Positions 1 through 10,201 of a stretch of 21,070 nucleotides of DNA are shown piece after piece. The stretch is from assembly GCF_006345805.1 (NCBI RefSeq), contig NW_021823862.1, positions 1-21,070 of the forward strand. Direction: 5' to 3'. A program made the translations under genes and the position numbers. Every line of letters starts with the position of its first letter. The stretch's first letter is position 1. A model generated the notes under the pieces. That model was not told the origin of the DNA. It did no database searches and worked only from the letters and a program-made list of their open reading frames with translations. This stretch comes from Octopus sinensis. Taxonomy: Eukaryota.

Positions 1-36
1 TGGTGATGATGATAATGTTGGTGATGATGATGATGG

Positions 37-94
<58 letters not shown>

Positions 95-154
95 AATGAT
101 AATGATGATGATAATGTTGATGACAATAATGATGCTGATCATGATCATGATGAT
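1..154. repeat. (ATG/GAT)n trinucleotide microsatellite, imperfect
   Basis: Direct reading: tgatgatgat... with occasional ata/gtg/ctg variants; explains the poly-Met ORF 3..185. Confidence 0.97.
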
Positions 155-186
155 TAAGACGATCGTTCAAAGAATACACCAATGAT

Positions 187-1020
187 ATCAATTATAAAAG
201 TATTCCAAGCACGCAAAACAACGAGAATTAAAACAATGATTGGTTTATTTCGTGAATACGTTCCGGACAACTTGAGCGAAAATATGCTCTTCGCCAATGT
301 ATTTCTTTCACGAAGCACTACCCCCACTCTTTGAAGCTATGTGCTTCAGTGACGTAGCTGATTCTGAGACATCATTTTGTATCTTCAGTTAGAGATACTG
401 CTAAAACTCTGAATGATTTAGGACTGCAGCTGTTTTTATAATTCAATAAGCAAATTATTTATCGATACATGATAAGCACTGCCAAGCTAATATCATCTAA
501 TTTTTCGCACAGAAAATCACCAAGAATCAAAATAAGCAAGTGTATATTCTTAAACTGTTCTGGTAGCATTGAACATCGGAGTCTCAGGGAAGGCTACATC
601 AATTATAAAATCATTAGAAGCATACAAAACAATAACAATGAAAGCAGTGACGGTTTCATTCATGAACACGTCCCGGAAGACTTGAACGTAAATATGTTCT
701 TCGCTGATGCTTTTCTTACTTGGAGCACTGGAGCACCACCTCACAATTTGAAGCTATGTGTCAGAAATGCGCATACTTTAGTGAGATAGTAGATTCTCTT
801 ACACCGCTGTTTCAACATCATTTTGCATCTTCAGTTAGAGACTCAGCTAGTACACTGAAGATAAGTTAAAACTGTAGCTGTATTTATAATTCAGTAAGCA
901 AAATATTTGTCGATGCATGATAAACACTGCCGAGCTAATATCATCTTATTGTGATGACACAAAATCAGCGAGAATCAAAATAATCTTGTGTATATTCATT
1001 CAGAAATTGTTCTGGTTGCA
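187..1020. repeat. Diverged two-copy tandem duplication (copy 1 ~187-568, copy 2 ~598-1020)
   Basis: Colinear matches: ATCAATTATAAAA (187/598); GAAGCTATGTG (~333/~750); ACATCATTTTG(T/C)ATCTTCAGTTAGAG (369/815); AGAATCAAAATAA and GTTCTGGT(A/T)GCA (ending ~568/1020). A gap-free 78-nt block (242-319 vs 652-729) has 18 differences (~77% identity). Confidence 0.9.
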
Positions 1021-1282
1021 AGACTCGGAAACATGTCTCTGGTTGCAGGCCTAGCTGTTAGGGGTGCTTGTCTCCCCTTTGTAAACATAAGGTTACAGAA
1101 AATGTGTCAAGACCGACAGAAGCGTTGATGATTCCTCGGACTAAATAGCGGTGAGTGTGATTCCCTTTATGGGACTATCACGTTAGGTTGACAGTATACA
1201 ACTGCTCTATCGTTCCACCACTGCTTATATCTCTCTGAGATATTTAGAAAATTAATATTTCTAATTTTGGTGATCAGTGAAG

Positions 1283-1284
<2 letters not shown>

Positions 1285-1318
<34 letters not shown>

Positions 1319-1359
1319 TTACAAAGTCTAGACAGGTATTCAATTGAGAGTATACAACT

Positions 1360-1392
<33 letters not shown>

Positions 1393-1433
1393 GTATATAT
1401 ATATATATGTGTATGTATATATATATATATATA

Positions 1434-1466
<33 letters not shown>

Positions 1467-1480
1467 CGTGTGTGTGTGTG
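1285..1480. repeat. Compound (TA)n-(TC)n-(TA)n-(TG)n microsatellite
   Basis: Direct reading; accounts for ORFs 1277..1483 and 1344..1571. Confidence 0.95.
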
Positions 1481-1639
1481 TAATGGATATATTATGGAGT
1501 ACCGATGTGTGTCAGATATGTTATTACGATATTTTAAATATTTGATCGTTTTTTATTTTCTATTATTTTAGTAAATAATTTTTATCTTGTATTTGATATG
1601 TTGTCATTTTTACACCTTAGTCACTAGGGTGTGTTATTT

Positions 1640-1727
1640 GATCATCTTCATTATCATCATCCTCATTATCATCAACACATTGACCGTCATCATCATCATC
1701 AACATCATACTCATCATTATCATCATC

Positions 1728-1790
<63 letters not shown>

Positions 1791-1870
1791 TTATTATTAT
1801 TATTATTATCATCATCATCATTATTATTATCATTATTATTATTATTATATTACTATTATTATTATTATTA

Positions 1871-1935
<65 letters not shown>
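1640..1935. repeat. (ATC)n grading into a long (ATT)n microsatellite
   Basis: Direct reading; accounts for the poly-Ile/Tyr ORFs 1587..2003 and 1631..1936. Confidence 0.96.
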
Positions 1936-1937
<2 letters not shown>

Positions 1938-2230
1938 TTTAATACTATCATTGCTATTGGTATTATGACTTTTAAGGCCTTATTAAGACTATATTTGTGC
2001 TAACATTCACAATTCGATATTTGTCAACTTCAGATACATAAACCAGGCCACAAACACACAAGCTCGCGCACGCTAACAACTCACATCATACGGACCTATG
2101 TATCTATCCACCTATCTATTTTTACGTTGTGACCGTCTCTTTAAACATATATATATAATATATAACGCAAAACGTGCATATGTTTTAAATAAATATATTC
2201 TTATGCATGTATTATATATAATATATATAT

Positions 2231-2261
<31 letters not shown>

Positions 2262-2859
2262 GCGCGACTGTGAGTGTCAGTGTACAGCCATACTTATCCG
2301 ATAGGTAACACACCACACGCGTACATATACATACATAGATAAAACAGATATTACTTAAAAAATATAAATGAAGACAGGAACCAGCGATATTTCTTTGTTG
2401 TTTGTTTCGTGCTCCGCTGTTTACATATTTACTTATTAATTCAAATATCTATATATTTATTTGTCTACACACATACACACACAAGCACGCACCGCCACAC
2501 ACACACACACATTCATACTCGCGCGCATTTATGTATATAAGTCTATACATATAACTTTCATTTTGTAGCGCATTATTTCTTTATTTGTGCATCTGTTTAG
2601 ATATTGAATTGCTGTTTCTCTCCGTTTTATTTTGTTTCGTTTTGGTCTTGTTTGGTTGTGGTTCCTGATATTCTGTTTGGAACTAATCCTCTTTTCGAAC
2701 ATTCCACGGCAGAAGACGATAATTGCTGCAAGCTAGAGTTCTATATCTCCTTTCCTATGCTTTCGTTGCTTAGATAATTACCAGCTTTGTGACGACGGCT
2801 CTGAAAAAAACGTAAACGATGTATATAATTCAGCGGTACATATATGTTTGTATACACGT

Positions 2860-3205
2860 ATGTATAAACGTATATGCATACGTGTATATATATATATGTG
2901 TGTGTGTGGTGTGTGTGTGTGTGGTGTGTGTGTGTGTGTGTGTGTTTGTGTGTGTGCGTGTGTGCTACTGTGTACGTGTTTGTGTATGTATGTGTGTATA
3001 TTGTAGGTCGGTATGTACGAATGTATAGTATTATATGTATATATATATATATGCATTTTTATTTGTAGTGCATACATTAAAGTATTACAGTATGTAACGT
3101 CTGTATGAAAGTGTGATGTATATGTATGTATACATGAACATATGTATACGTGTACACCACAGAAATATGCTCATACTCGTACAAACACATACATATATTT
3201 ATTTA

Positions 3206-3290
<85 letters not shown>

Positions 3291-3488
3291 CATACATATA
3301 TACATATTCATATATATATATCTACATACATATATATATCCATACATATCTGCATCACAAATATAATATTATATATATATATACACACTACTATAAAATA
3401 ATTATTCACGTGTATTCGAGAAAACATTACTTTGAACGTTAATATTTCAAACATCGAAGCAAACATATGTAGCTATATATATATATAT

Positions 3489-3550
<62 letters not shown>

Positions 3551-3785
3551 ATATTAATATATATGTATGTATATATATATATATATAGAATATGTATATA
3601 TCTACATATCTATTATTATATATTATAATGCATATATATTATATACACACACACAAACATATATATATATTCACCTTTACATATAGGTATACATAAATGC
3701 ATACCTACCTCCATCAAGCCAGCCATTCATACCTATATGCAATATCACATACATATACACGTAAGCACATACATACATACATATA
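2860..3785. repeat. Degenerate (TA)n/(TG)n/(CATA)n microsatellite field
   Basis: Alternating purine-pyrimidine repeats throughout; the overlapping ORFs are Y/I/C/V/H/T low-complexity translations. Confidence 0.93.
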
Positions 3786-4184
3786 AGTGATTAATTTTCA
3801 GGTGAAAAAAATCTCAGCATGTCTTTAATAAGTTGATTGGAACATCTTAAATATCGCCCACTCCATCCGCCACCCCAACCCGACTACACATTACTTCTTC
3901 TCCGCCAATTCCTTCGGTGTCTTCTGCTTGTGATTTTCTCCATTTAAAACAATTACAGCGTATTAAAAGGAAGATATTTTCGCAGCGATTAACGGCGTCT
4001 CAGATATAGAAGTGCCTTATTCATTTTCAGTCATTTATTTATTTTTTGTATATATAATTATTTATTCATTTATTATGGTTTTTGTTCTTCGAATTTGAGA
4101 TAACTAACTGTCTGTTTATTTCGAGTGTTTGTAATTCGCCTTGTTAAAACTTAAATGCAAGAACACGACTGATACGATTATGAT

Positions 4185-4195
4185 GATATTATATA

Positions 4196-4227
<32 letters not shown>

Positions 4228-4480
4228 GTGCGAACACACACAGACACACACACACACACACACACTCAACACACACACACATATATATATATATTCTGTG
4301 TGTATGAATGTGTGTATGTATTGTTATGTATGTATGTATGTATATATTATATACACACACACGTGTATATATATATGTAATATATATATATATATATATA
4401 GATATTATACACATATACATATATATATGCATGTATGTATTCGAGGTGCATGTACATATACAGGCATATTTACGCATAGG

Positions 4481-4518
<38 letters not shown>

Positions 4519-4765
4519 GTGTGTATACACACAAACACACGGCCACACATATTTATATACATACACTCACACATACACAAATATATAGACACGCAAATAT
4601 ATATATGTGTGTGTGAGTGTATGAGTGGTTATATATACATTAATATACATGTATATATATACATACATACATACATACATACATACATACATACATACAT
4701 ACATACATACATACATACGTACGTACATGCATACATGCATACATATATGTATGAGCATATATAAT
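4185..4765. repeat. (TA)n/(CA)n/(CATA)n microsatellite field
   Basis: Direct reading, including a clean (CATA)n run at ~4660-4720. Confidence 0.93.
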
Positions 4766-4984
4766 TTTTTAACATACAAAGCATGATAGTACTTCGCAAG
4801 TTTTGTCCTTATTGTGACCTCATCAGCAAATCCGATTACTTTGTCTGCAGAAATATGCTTGTTAGCGGAGAGAAGTAGTATTGTCGAACAATATAATTCC
4901 CCAAGCACATTATTTGCATGAAAGACTATAGTAGACAATGTCTAATACGATTTCCATTACTTATCTACAAACGTCATCGGGATA

Positions 4985-5185
4985 GAAGAACCGGTAGAGC
5001 GACGGTCAAAACCCTTAGTGCTATTACTTCTAACTCATTGCGTTCTGAGTTTAAATTCAGCTAATCTCGGCTTTGGGTTTAACCATTCCACAGTCTATTA
5101 AGTGCGTACACTTGGGTCTATGTAATAAACATCCGCCCTTCCCAAAATTGTAGGCCATGCGCCAAAATTTCAAACTATTATTCAT
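4985..5185 (+). mobile_element. Heavily decayed tRNA-derived SINE (type A)
   Basis: Matches the copies at 10202 and 12885 in order: GCGTTCTGAGTTTAAATTC (B-box region), CACTTGGGTCTATGTAAT, CCCTTCCCAAAATT, GGCCATGCGCC, then an ATT tail. Confidence 0.6.
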
Positions 5186-5364
5186 TTACAGGTTGAGAAT
5201 AAAACCCAAGACATGTTTCTCCGTTATTCTGAACTCATCATCAAAGCTTATTCTCTTTTATTGTCGCCGAAGATGTTACGAAAATATTGCTAAAGAAATA
5301 TGTATACAACATTCTGTAATCGTCGGCGTAGAGAAGACTTAGAAATGTTTTCGAAATTCCTTAA

Positions 5365-5581
5365 CCCTTTAGAATTTAAAACGGCCATATCAGGATCAAA
5401 TATTCTACACGCTTTATGTTGAAGCATGGCAGACCTGGTCTCTCGTACCTACTCTAAAGCGTTATTCTGAAAAATAAACAATGACATCATCAAAACCTCA
5501 AAGCTACAAGATAAGGCAAAATTGATTAAAAGCAATGTGAATAAGAATCACATTTTATAAATTAATCCGAATACTAAAGGG
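5365..5581. mobile_element. piggyBac-type MITE (217 bp, TTAA target-site duplication)
   Basis: TTAA (5361-5364) | CCCTTTAGAATT ... AATACTAAAGGG | TTAA (5582-5585). TIRs match 11/12; CCC..GGG termini with a TTAA TSD are piggyBac hallmarks; no coding capacity. Confidence 0.8.
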
Positions 5582-5638
5582 TTAAACATTGCCATGTCTT
5601 CCCGTTACTTCAAACTGGAATCGTGTATATTGCAAGTA

Positions 5639-6179
5639 TTGGGTTGTCCTGAAAGTTCGTGCCGATTTATAGCAGCTTACCTTTCGACTTATTTTAGAAC
5701 ATGGTTGAGTCCATAAAATAGGATTTCACCACACCTCCATTTAGAGCACAGTTTAAGCTATCTTTTCTTTGAAGAAGGTTTATGTTCCTATAACCTGTAT
5801 TAATTCTGTAACCTTTTAAAATGGAAGATAAGAAAGTTCATTTTCGGCACTTGATGCAGCTCGGCTGGGATGTGTTACCCTATCCTGCATATTCACCAGA
5901 TGTTGCTCCTTCGGATTTCCACTTATTCAGGTCCCTGCAGATTAGTTTTAACTGTAAAAAATTTCAATTCCTTGGATGACGTAAAAACATACCTTGATGA
6001 ATTCTTTGCCATGAAACCACCTCAATTCTGAGAAGAGGGTATTTTCAAGTTAAAGGAAAGATGGAGACGCATTGTGCAACAAAATGGTTCATACTTGGTT
6101 GAATAAAAATGTAATGACAAGTATTTATTGACCTTTTATTTTCCTTTAAAAATCAGCACGAACTATCCGGACAACCCAA
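5639..6179 (+). mobile_element. Internally deleted mariner (Tc1/mariner) element, 541 bp
   Basis: TA TSD at 5637-5638 and 6180-6181. 30-bp TIRs TTGGGTTGTCCTGAAAGTTCGTGCCGATTT / rc TTGGGTTGTCCGGATAGTTCGTGCTGATTT (27/30). Internal transposase remnant carries the mariner motif YSPDVAPSDFHLF. Confidence 0.95.
5821..6106 (+). pseudogene. Mariner transposase remnant (N-terminus fused to C-terminus; one frameshift, one internal stop)
   Basis: MEDKKVHFRHLMQLGWDVLPYPAYSPDVAPSDFHLFRSLQISFNCKK, frameshift in the A-run near 5960, then FNSLDDVKTYLDEFFAMKPPQF*EEGIFKLKERWRRIVQQNGSYLVE*. Matches the canonical mariner C-terminus (YSPDLAPSDYHLF...LPERWEKVV..NG.Y). Confidence 0.92.
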
Positions 6180-6325
6180 TATTTAACCGAAATGCAATGG
6201 CGTTCGACCTTCTCCATTTAGTTCTGATTTTCTAATGTCCTTCACGCTGTGCCTGACGTTTCTAGCCATTGCGTCATGCGAGAAAGACATTAGAAAGTTT
6301 TTCCGAATGAGAATATGTCTTTACA

Positions 6326-6785
6326 TTTACTTGTTTCAATTATTGGACAGCGACCATGCTGGGGCACCACCCTGTGGGGGGTTTAAGTAAAATGAATTGA
6401 CCGCAGTACGTTTAAAGTGATGCCTATTGTATCTTCTTTTTTATTTGTTACTGGTGCATTAAGTTAAGGTGATGTAAACAAAATAGCACCTGTTGTCTAG
6501 CGGTGCGGTGGGACAAACACAGACACAAAGACACATGCATATACCCACACACACACAGACACACACATACATAGACATACATACATACATAAATACATAC
6601 ATAAATACATACATACATACATATAGGACAGACTTCCACACAGGTTCCGTGTACCAAATTCACCCACAAAGTATTTGTCTGTCCGGGAGCTATTGTAGAA
6701 GACATTTCGCCAATATGCCATGCTGTAGGACTGAACACAATACCACATGGTTGCAATGCGAGCTCGTTAACCATGCAGCCATGCT
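6326..6785 (-). mobile_element. tRNA-derived SINE (type B) with an internal CA/CATA microsatellite
   Basis: Minus-strand head AGCATGGCTGCATGGTTAA...GTGTTCAGTCCTACAG has degenerate A/B boxes. The 3' part (TTTACTTGTTTCAATTATTGGACAGCGACCATGCTGGGGCACC on +) is the reverse complement of the fragment at 8691-8799. Confidence 0.8.
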
Positions 6786-6944
6786 TAAGTCTATGTCCAC
6801 ACAAATTCAATATATTAACACGTTTTTTAGTTACAAACTATTTTGAGAGTTTCAATGCCTCAAAAATACATTTTAAATAATACAGTAGCATATTTGATAG
6901 CCTTGGATTTATTTAAGTGGTATCTGAAAACAATTTACCAAATG

Positions 6945-7163
6945 CAGTATTCCCTCGCCATATCGCGGTTCATCTATCGCGGTTCATTATTTAAGCTTAC
7001 GTCAATTCCCTCGTGGTTTTGTTTTGAATTTATAATAAAATAAATATATACAAGTTACAAAAATAAGCAAAAAAATATACAGTACTGTTTCTACTGCGCG
7101 GATTTTCACCTATCACAGAGGGTTTTAGAACGTAACACCCAAGATAGCCGAGAGATTGCGGTG
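6945..7163. mobile_element. Tigger/pogo-like MITE, decayed
   Basis: Left end CAGTATTCCCTCGCCATATCGCGG; right end ...AAGATAGCCGAGAGATTGCGGTG|TA is a degenerate inverted copy. CAGT..CCCTCG termini and the internal TTTTCACCTATC...GAACGTAAC subterminal segment are typical of pogo/Tigger MITEs. Confidence 0.55.
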
Positions 7164-7541
7164 TATTGATAAATTTGAAGGATACAAAACAAAACCGATT
7201 AAAAATAATAACGCAAAAGAATGATGGATTAGCGCAATTTGTTGATGCAGTGACAGCTTGAAGGATAGCAAACACAATCTGATTGTTACAATATTATATC
7301 TGAGTGGCAGAAGAATCAGAACTTGAATGATACGACATTACGTGAGATTAATATAGTCATGCATTTGACTGATATGTGTTATTACACAATTGAATGAGTC
7401 AATAATAGTATTTGAATGATAGAGTAACGCAGTCTCTTGTGCGATTGAATAACAGCTTGAATGATACGATTCGGAACTATGATACGATTCGTTGTTTGCA
7501 GAGACAGTAAATTCTTCATTTCTCATATCCGGATTCTTCAC

Positions 7542-7885
7542 TTAGCTTCTTCCCCAACAGGGCCTTTTATGGATGATGAATTTTATGTGTGCTCGAGATG
7601 GTATTTGACCATATCTGCAACTGATCAAAGTTGAGACAGAAGAGTTTACAATTGATACCTTCTGACGTCTTTGTCTTACCTCCCCAACATGTTGATTAGG
7701 AGTATCTTCATAAGCTTTGGCCCCTTTGTGCACTGCTAGTCTCCACTTGCTGCGGTCCTTTCCTACTCTTCACATTTTCCTACGCCGATGACGAACTCTT
7801 CATGTGTAGCTTTTCATTGGTCCTTAAAGCACAGCTTTGTACATCCAATGCTCCCCTTTCCATCAGCTAGTTCGCCAAGATAAAG
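7542..7885 (-). mobile_element. RTE-clade LINE, 3' end of ORF, decayed
   Basis: Minus translation across stops and one frameshift: LGELADGKGSIGCTKLCFKDQ*K...KDRSKWRLAVHKGAKAYED...RQRRQK...CRYGQIPSRAHIKFIIHKRPC. This matches the RTE C-terminal pattern (LYGEL..GKR..GRP.LR.KD; DRS.WR..V..G; terminal C..C...H...C knuckle). Confidence 0.8.
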
Positions 7886-8141
7886 CATGCAACGTGATTA
7901 ATGCAATACAATTTAAATGATAGAACAACGCAACTTCAAAGAACACTGGGGATGATGTAATCGACAAGTTCCTTACCCTCAATTATTGTTACTGAAACCT
8001 ACAATAGCAGCCGAGAGAGTGGCAAAAGTGTTATACAAGCTTTTGTTAAGTAAATACAGTAACGCACAGATGATCCGTTTTGGCGATGAATGCATGGAGA
8101 AAAGCCATTTCTGTACTCATGCAAGGTAAAAATAAATCAGA

Positions 8142-8526
8142 GGAGGAAGCACTCCGTCGGTTACGACGATGAGGGTTCCGGTTGATCCGACCAATGGAAC
8201 AGCCTGCTCGTGAAATTAACGTGTAAGTGGCTGAGCACTCCACAGAAACGTGTACCCTTAACGTAGTTCTCGGGGATATTCAGCGTGACACAGAGAGTGA
8301 CAAGGCCGGCCCTTTGAAATACAGGTACAACAGAAACAGGAAGAAAGAGTGAGAGAAAGTTGTGGTGAAAGAGTACAGCAGGGATCACCACCATCCCCTG
8401 CCGGAGCCTCGTGGAGCTTTAGGTGTTTTCGCTCAATAAACACTCACAACGCCCGGTCTGGGAATCGAAACCGCGATCCTATGACCGCGAGTCCGCTGCC
8501 CTAACCACTGGGCCATTGCGCCTCCA
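8142..8526 (-). mobile_element. Full-length, young tRNA-derived SINE (type C) with perfect 15-bp TSD
   Basis: Minus head GGAGGCGCAATGGCCCAGTGGTTAGGGCAGCGGACTCGCGGTCATAGGATCGCGGTTTCGATTCCCAG has clear A box (TGGCCCAGTGG) and B box (GGTTTCGATTCC). TAAAAATAAATCAGA is repeated exactly at 8127-8141 and 8527-8541. Confidence 0.92.
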
Positions 8527-8690
8527 TAAAAATAAATCAGAAGAATTAGGCTGAATGTGAGATGACTGACATCTGAAAAGATAAAGTAATCCTCGTGTAT
8601 ATATGGATGTATACAAGTGGATGTCTTTACGTTTGTATTCCCAACCGGTTTGCAACTTATATTATTTTCTTTAGGTTTTTATAACAATAT

Positions 8691-8799
8691 AGAATAAGTA
8701 CTATACATAAAAAATAAGTATTGGGTCGATTTTTTACACTAAACTCTTCTAGGTGGTCCCTCAGCAAGGTTGCAGTCCAATGACTGAGACAAGTAAAAG
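8691..8799 (+). mobile_element. 3' fragment of SINE type B
   Basis: ATAAGTATTGGGTCGATT...GGTGGTCCCTCAGCAAGGTTGCAGTCCAATGACTGAGACAAGTAAAAG; inverted homolog of ~6326-6410. Confidence 0.7.
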
Positions 8800-9026
8800 C
8801 TAAAATAATCCATTTGTCTATTTTGAACTCTGATTCTCAGAAATTTTTCTTTGCGTTTAATGTAATTCTGTTTCTTCTTTTCCTTTGTGAAATATGGTAT
8901 TAGCATTCTTAACTCTTCTATAGTTTTGTATTTCGAATCTGTCATACCGGTTTCTCAAGGCAATCTATGTCCTATCTGCAGGAGTGTTTCAAGGCATTTG
9001 TCATCCGCAGCGACATCATTGAAAAT

Positions 9027-9075
<49 letters not shown>

Positions 9076-9116
9076 GCTGCTGCTGCTACTACTACTTCTG
9101 CCGTTATTACCACTGT

Positions 9117-9151
<35 letters not shown>

Positions 9152-9173
9152 AACTACTACTACTACTACTACT
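9027..9173. repeat. (ACT)n microsatellite with a (GCT)n patch
   Basis: Direct reading. Confidence 0.96.
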
Positions 9174-9299
9174 GCCCACATTGCTCTTTGTCGTCTTCTT
9201 CCTCTTACTCCTTCCTACCACTGTTAATTGGTGTCTCGTGTATCATCTTCGATTTGTATTTATCTAGTGGCTCATAAATGAATGTTTATATTATTATTA

Positions 9300-9515
9300 T
9301 TAGTAGTAGTAGTAGTAGTAGTAGTAGTAATAGTAGTAGTAGTAGTAGTAGCAGTAGTATTAGTTGTAGTAGTAGTCGTAGTAGTAGTAGTAGTAGTAGC
9401 AGTAGTAGTAGTAGTAGTAGTAGTAGTTATAGTAGTAGTAGTCGTAGTAGTATTAGTAGTAGTAGTTATAGTAGTAGTAGTAGTAGTAGAAGTAGTCGTA
9501 GTAGTAGTAGTAGTA
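9300..9515. repeat. (AGT)n microsatellite, imperfect
   Basis: Direct reading; reverse complement of the (ACT)n tract at 9027-9173. Confidence 0.96.
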
Positions 9516-10101
9516 TTTACCATCATCGTCATCATTACGCTTCACCTTGCCATTTGGTTTCCTCTCCTGTCTTTCACCTCGGAGCCTTTATGTAATGTAG
9601 ACGTTAATTGTCCTTTACTTCCCTTTCTTTCTCCCTCCTTCCTTCCTTCCTTCCTTCCTTCCTTCCTTTCTTCCTTTCTTTTTCTTTCTTTCTTTCTATG
9701 AATTTTTTTCTCCTCTCTATTTCTTCTCCCCCCCCCAACTCGTTCTTCACCTTGCTCTCAATAACATATCTAATTAGCGACACAGTTAAAGAGACAAATG
9801 TCACCATCGTCGACATCTTTAGAGATTCAATTGTTTTTTGTCTTTTTTTCGTATTTTCATCATTTGAAAGAAACTTCAACCCCGCACCCACCACATCCAC
9901 CAGCACCACCACTACCATCACTACTAGAGTACTCCCACTGCAACTACTAATTTTAGCTACCGTTGTTTGTTTTATTATAGTATACATTATTATCGCTTTA
10001 GATTTATATTTGTTCCGTTTTTTTTATTATGATTGTTTGGTTGGCATTATTACCGAACCCTCATATTCCACATTATTTTTATTGCTTATTTGTTGCTGGA
10101 T

Positions 10102-10134
<33 letters not shown>

Positions 10135-10201
10135 AATTATTGTAATTTAATACATTATTGTTGTTGTTGTTGTTGTTGTTCTTCTTCTCCTTCTTCTTCT
10201 G

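Noticed and set aside
469-789. 106-aa plus ORF as a gene
   Set aside because: It spans the junction of the tandem duplication, and the homologous positions in the other copy contain stops and frameshifts; no codon-position bias was seen.
1100-1156. Exon ending at the strong donor G|GTGAGT (1151)
   Set aside because: All three frames between the nearest AG and the donor contain stops; a lone donor motif is not enough evidence.
2783-2812. Minus-strand micro-exon (TTTTTTTCAG| ... CTG|GTAATT)
   Set aside because: The acceptor is good, but an 18-nt exon or short stop-terminated frames cannot be supported without transcript data.
3-4938. Numerous ORFs (poly-M, poly-I/Y, YIYI, CVCV, HTHT) as protein-coding genes
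   Set aside because: They are translations of ATG, ATT, TA, TG and CATA microsatellites that lack stops in some frames; none has complex sequence or splice support.
5192-5293. Plus-strand terminal exon VENKTQDMFLRYSELIIKAYSLLLSPKMLRKYC*
   Set aside because: The acceptor is plausible, but there is no recognisable homology and the length is within chance.
8420-8526. tRNA gene on the minus strand
   Set aside because: A/B boxes are present, but the sequence continues into a SINE body, is bounded by a TSD and has no proper acceptor stem or terminator; it is a SINE head.
9608-10150. 180-aa mucin-like or membrane protein ORF
   Set aside because: It is built from (TTCC)n, T-rich, (ACC)n and (ACT)n low-complexity tracts; hydrophobicity is expected from T-rich DNA, and an antisense ORF overlaps it.
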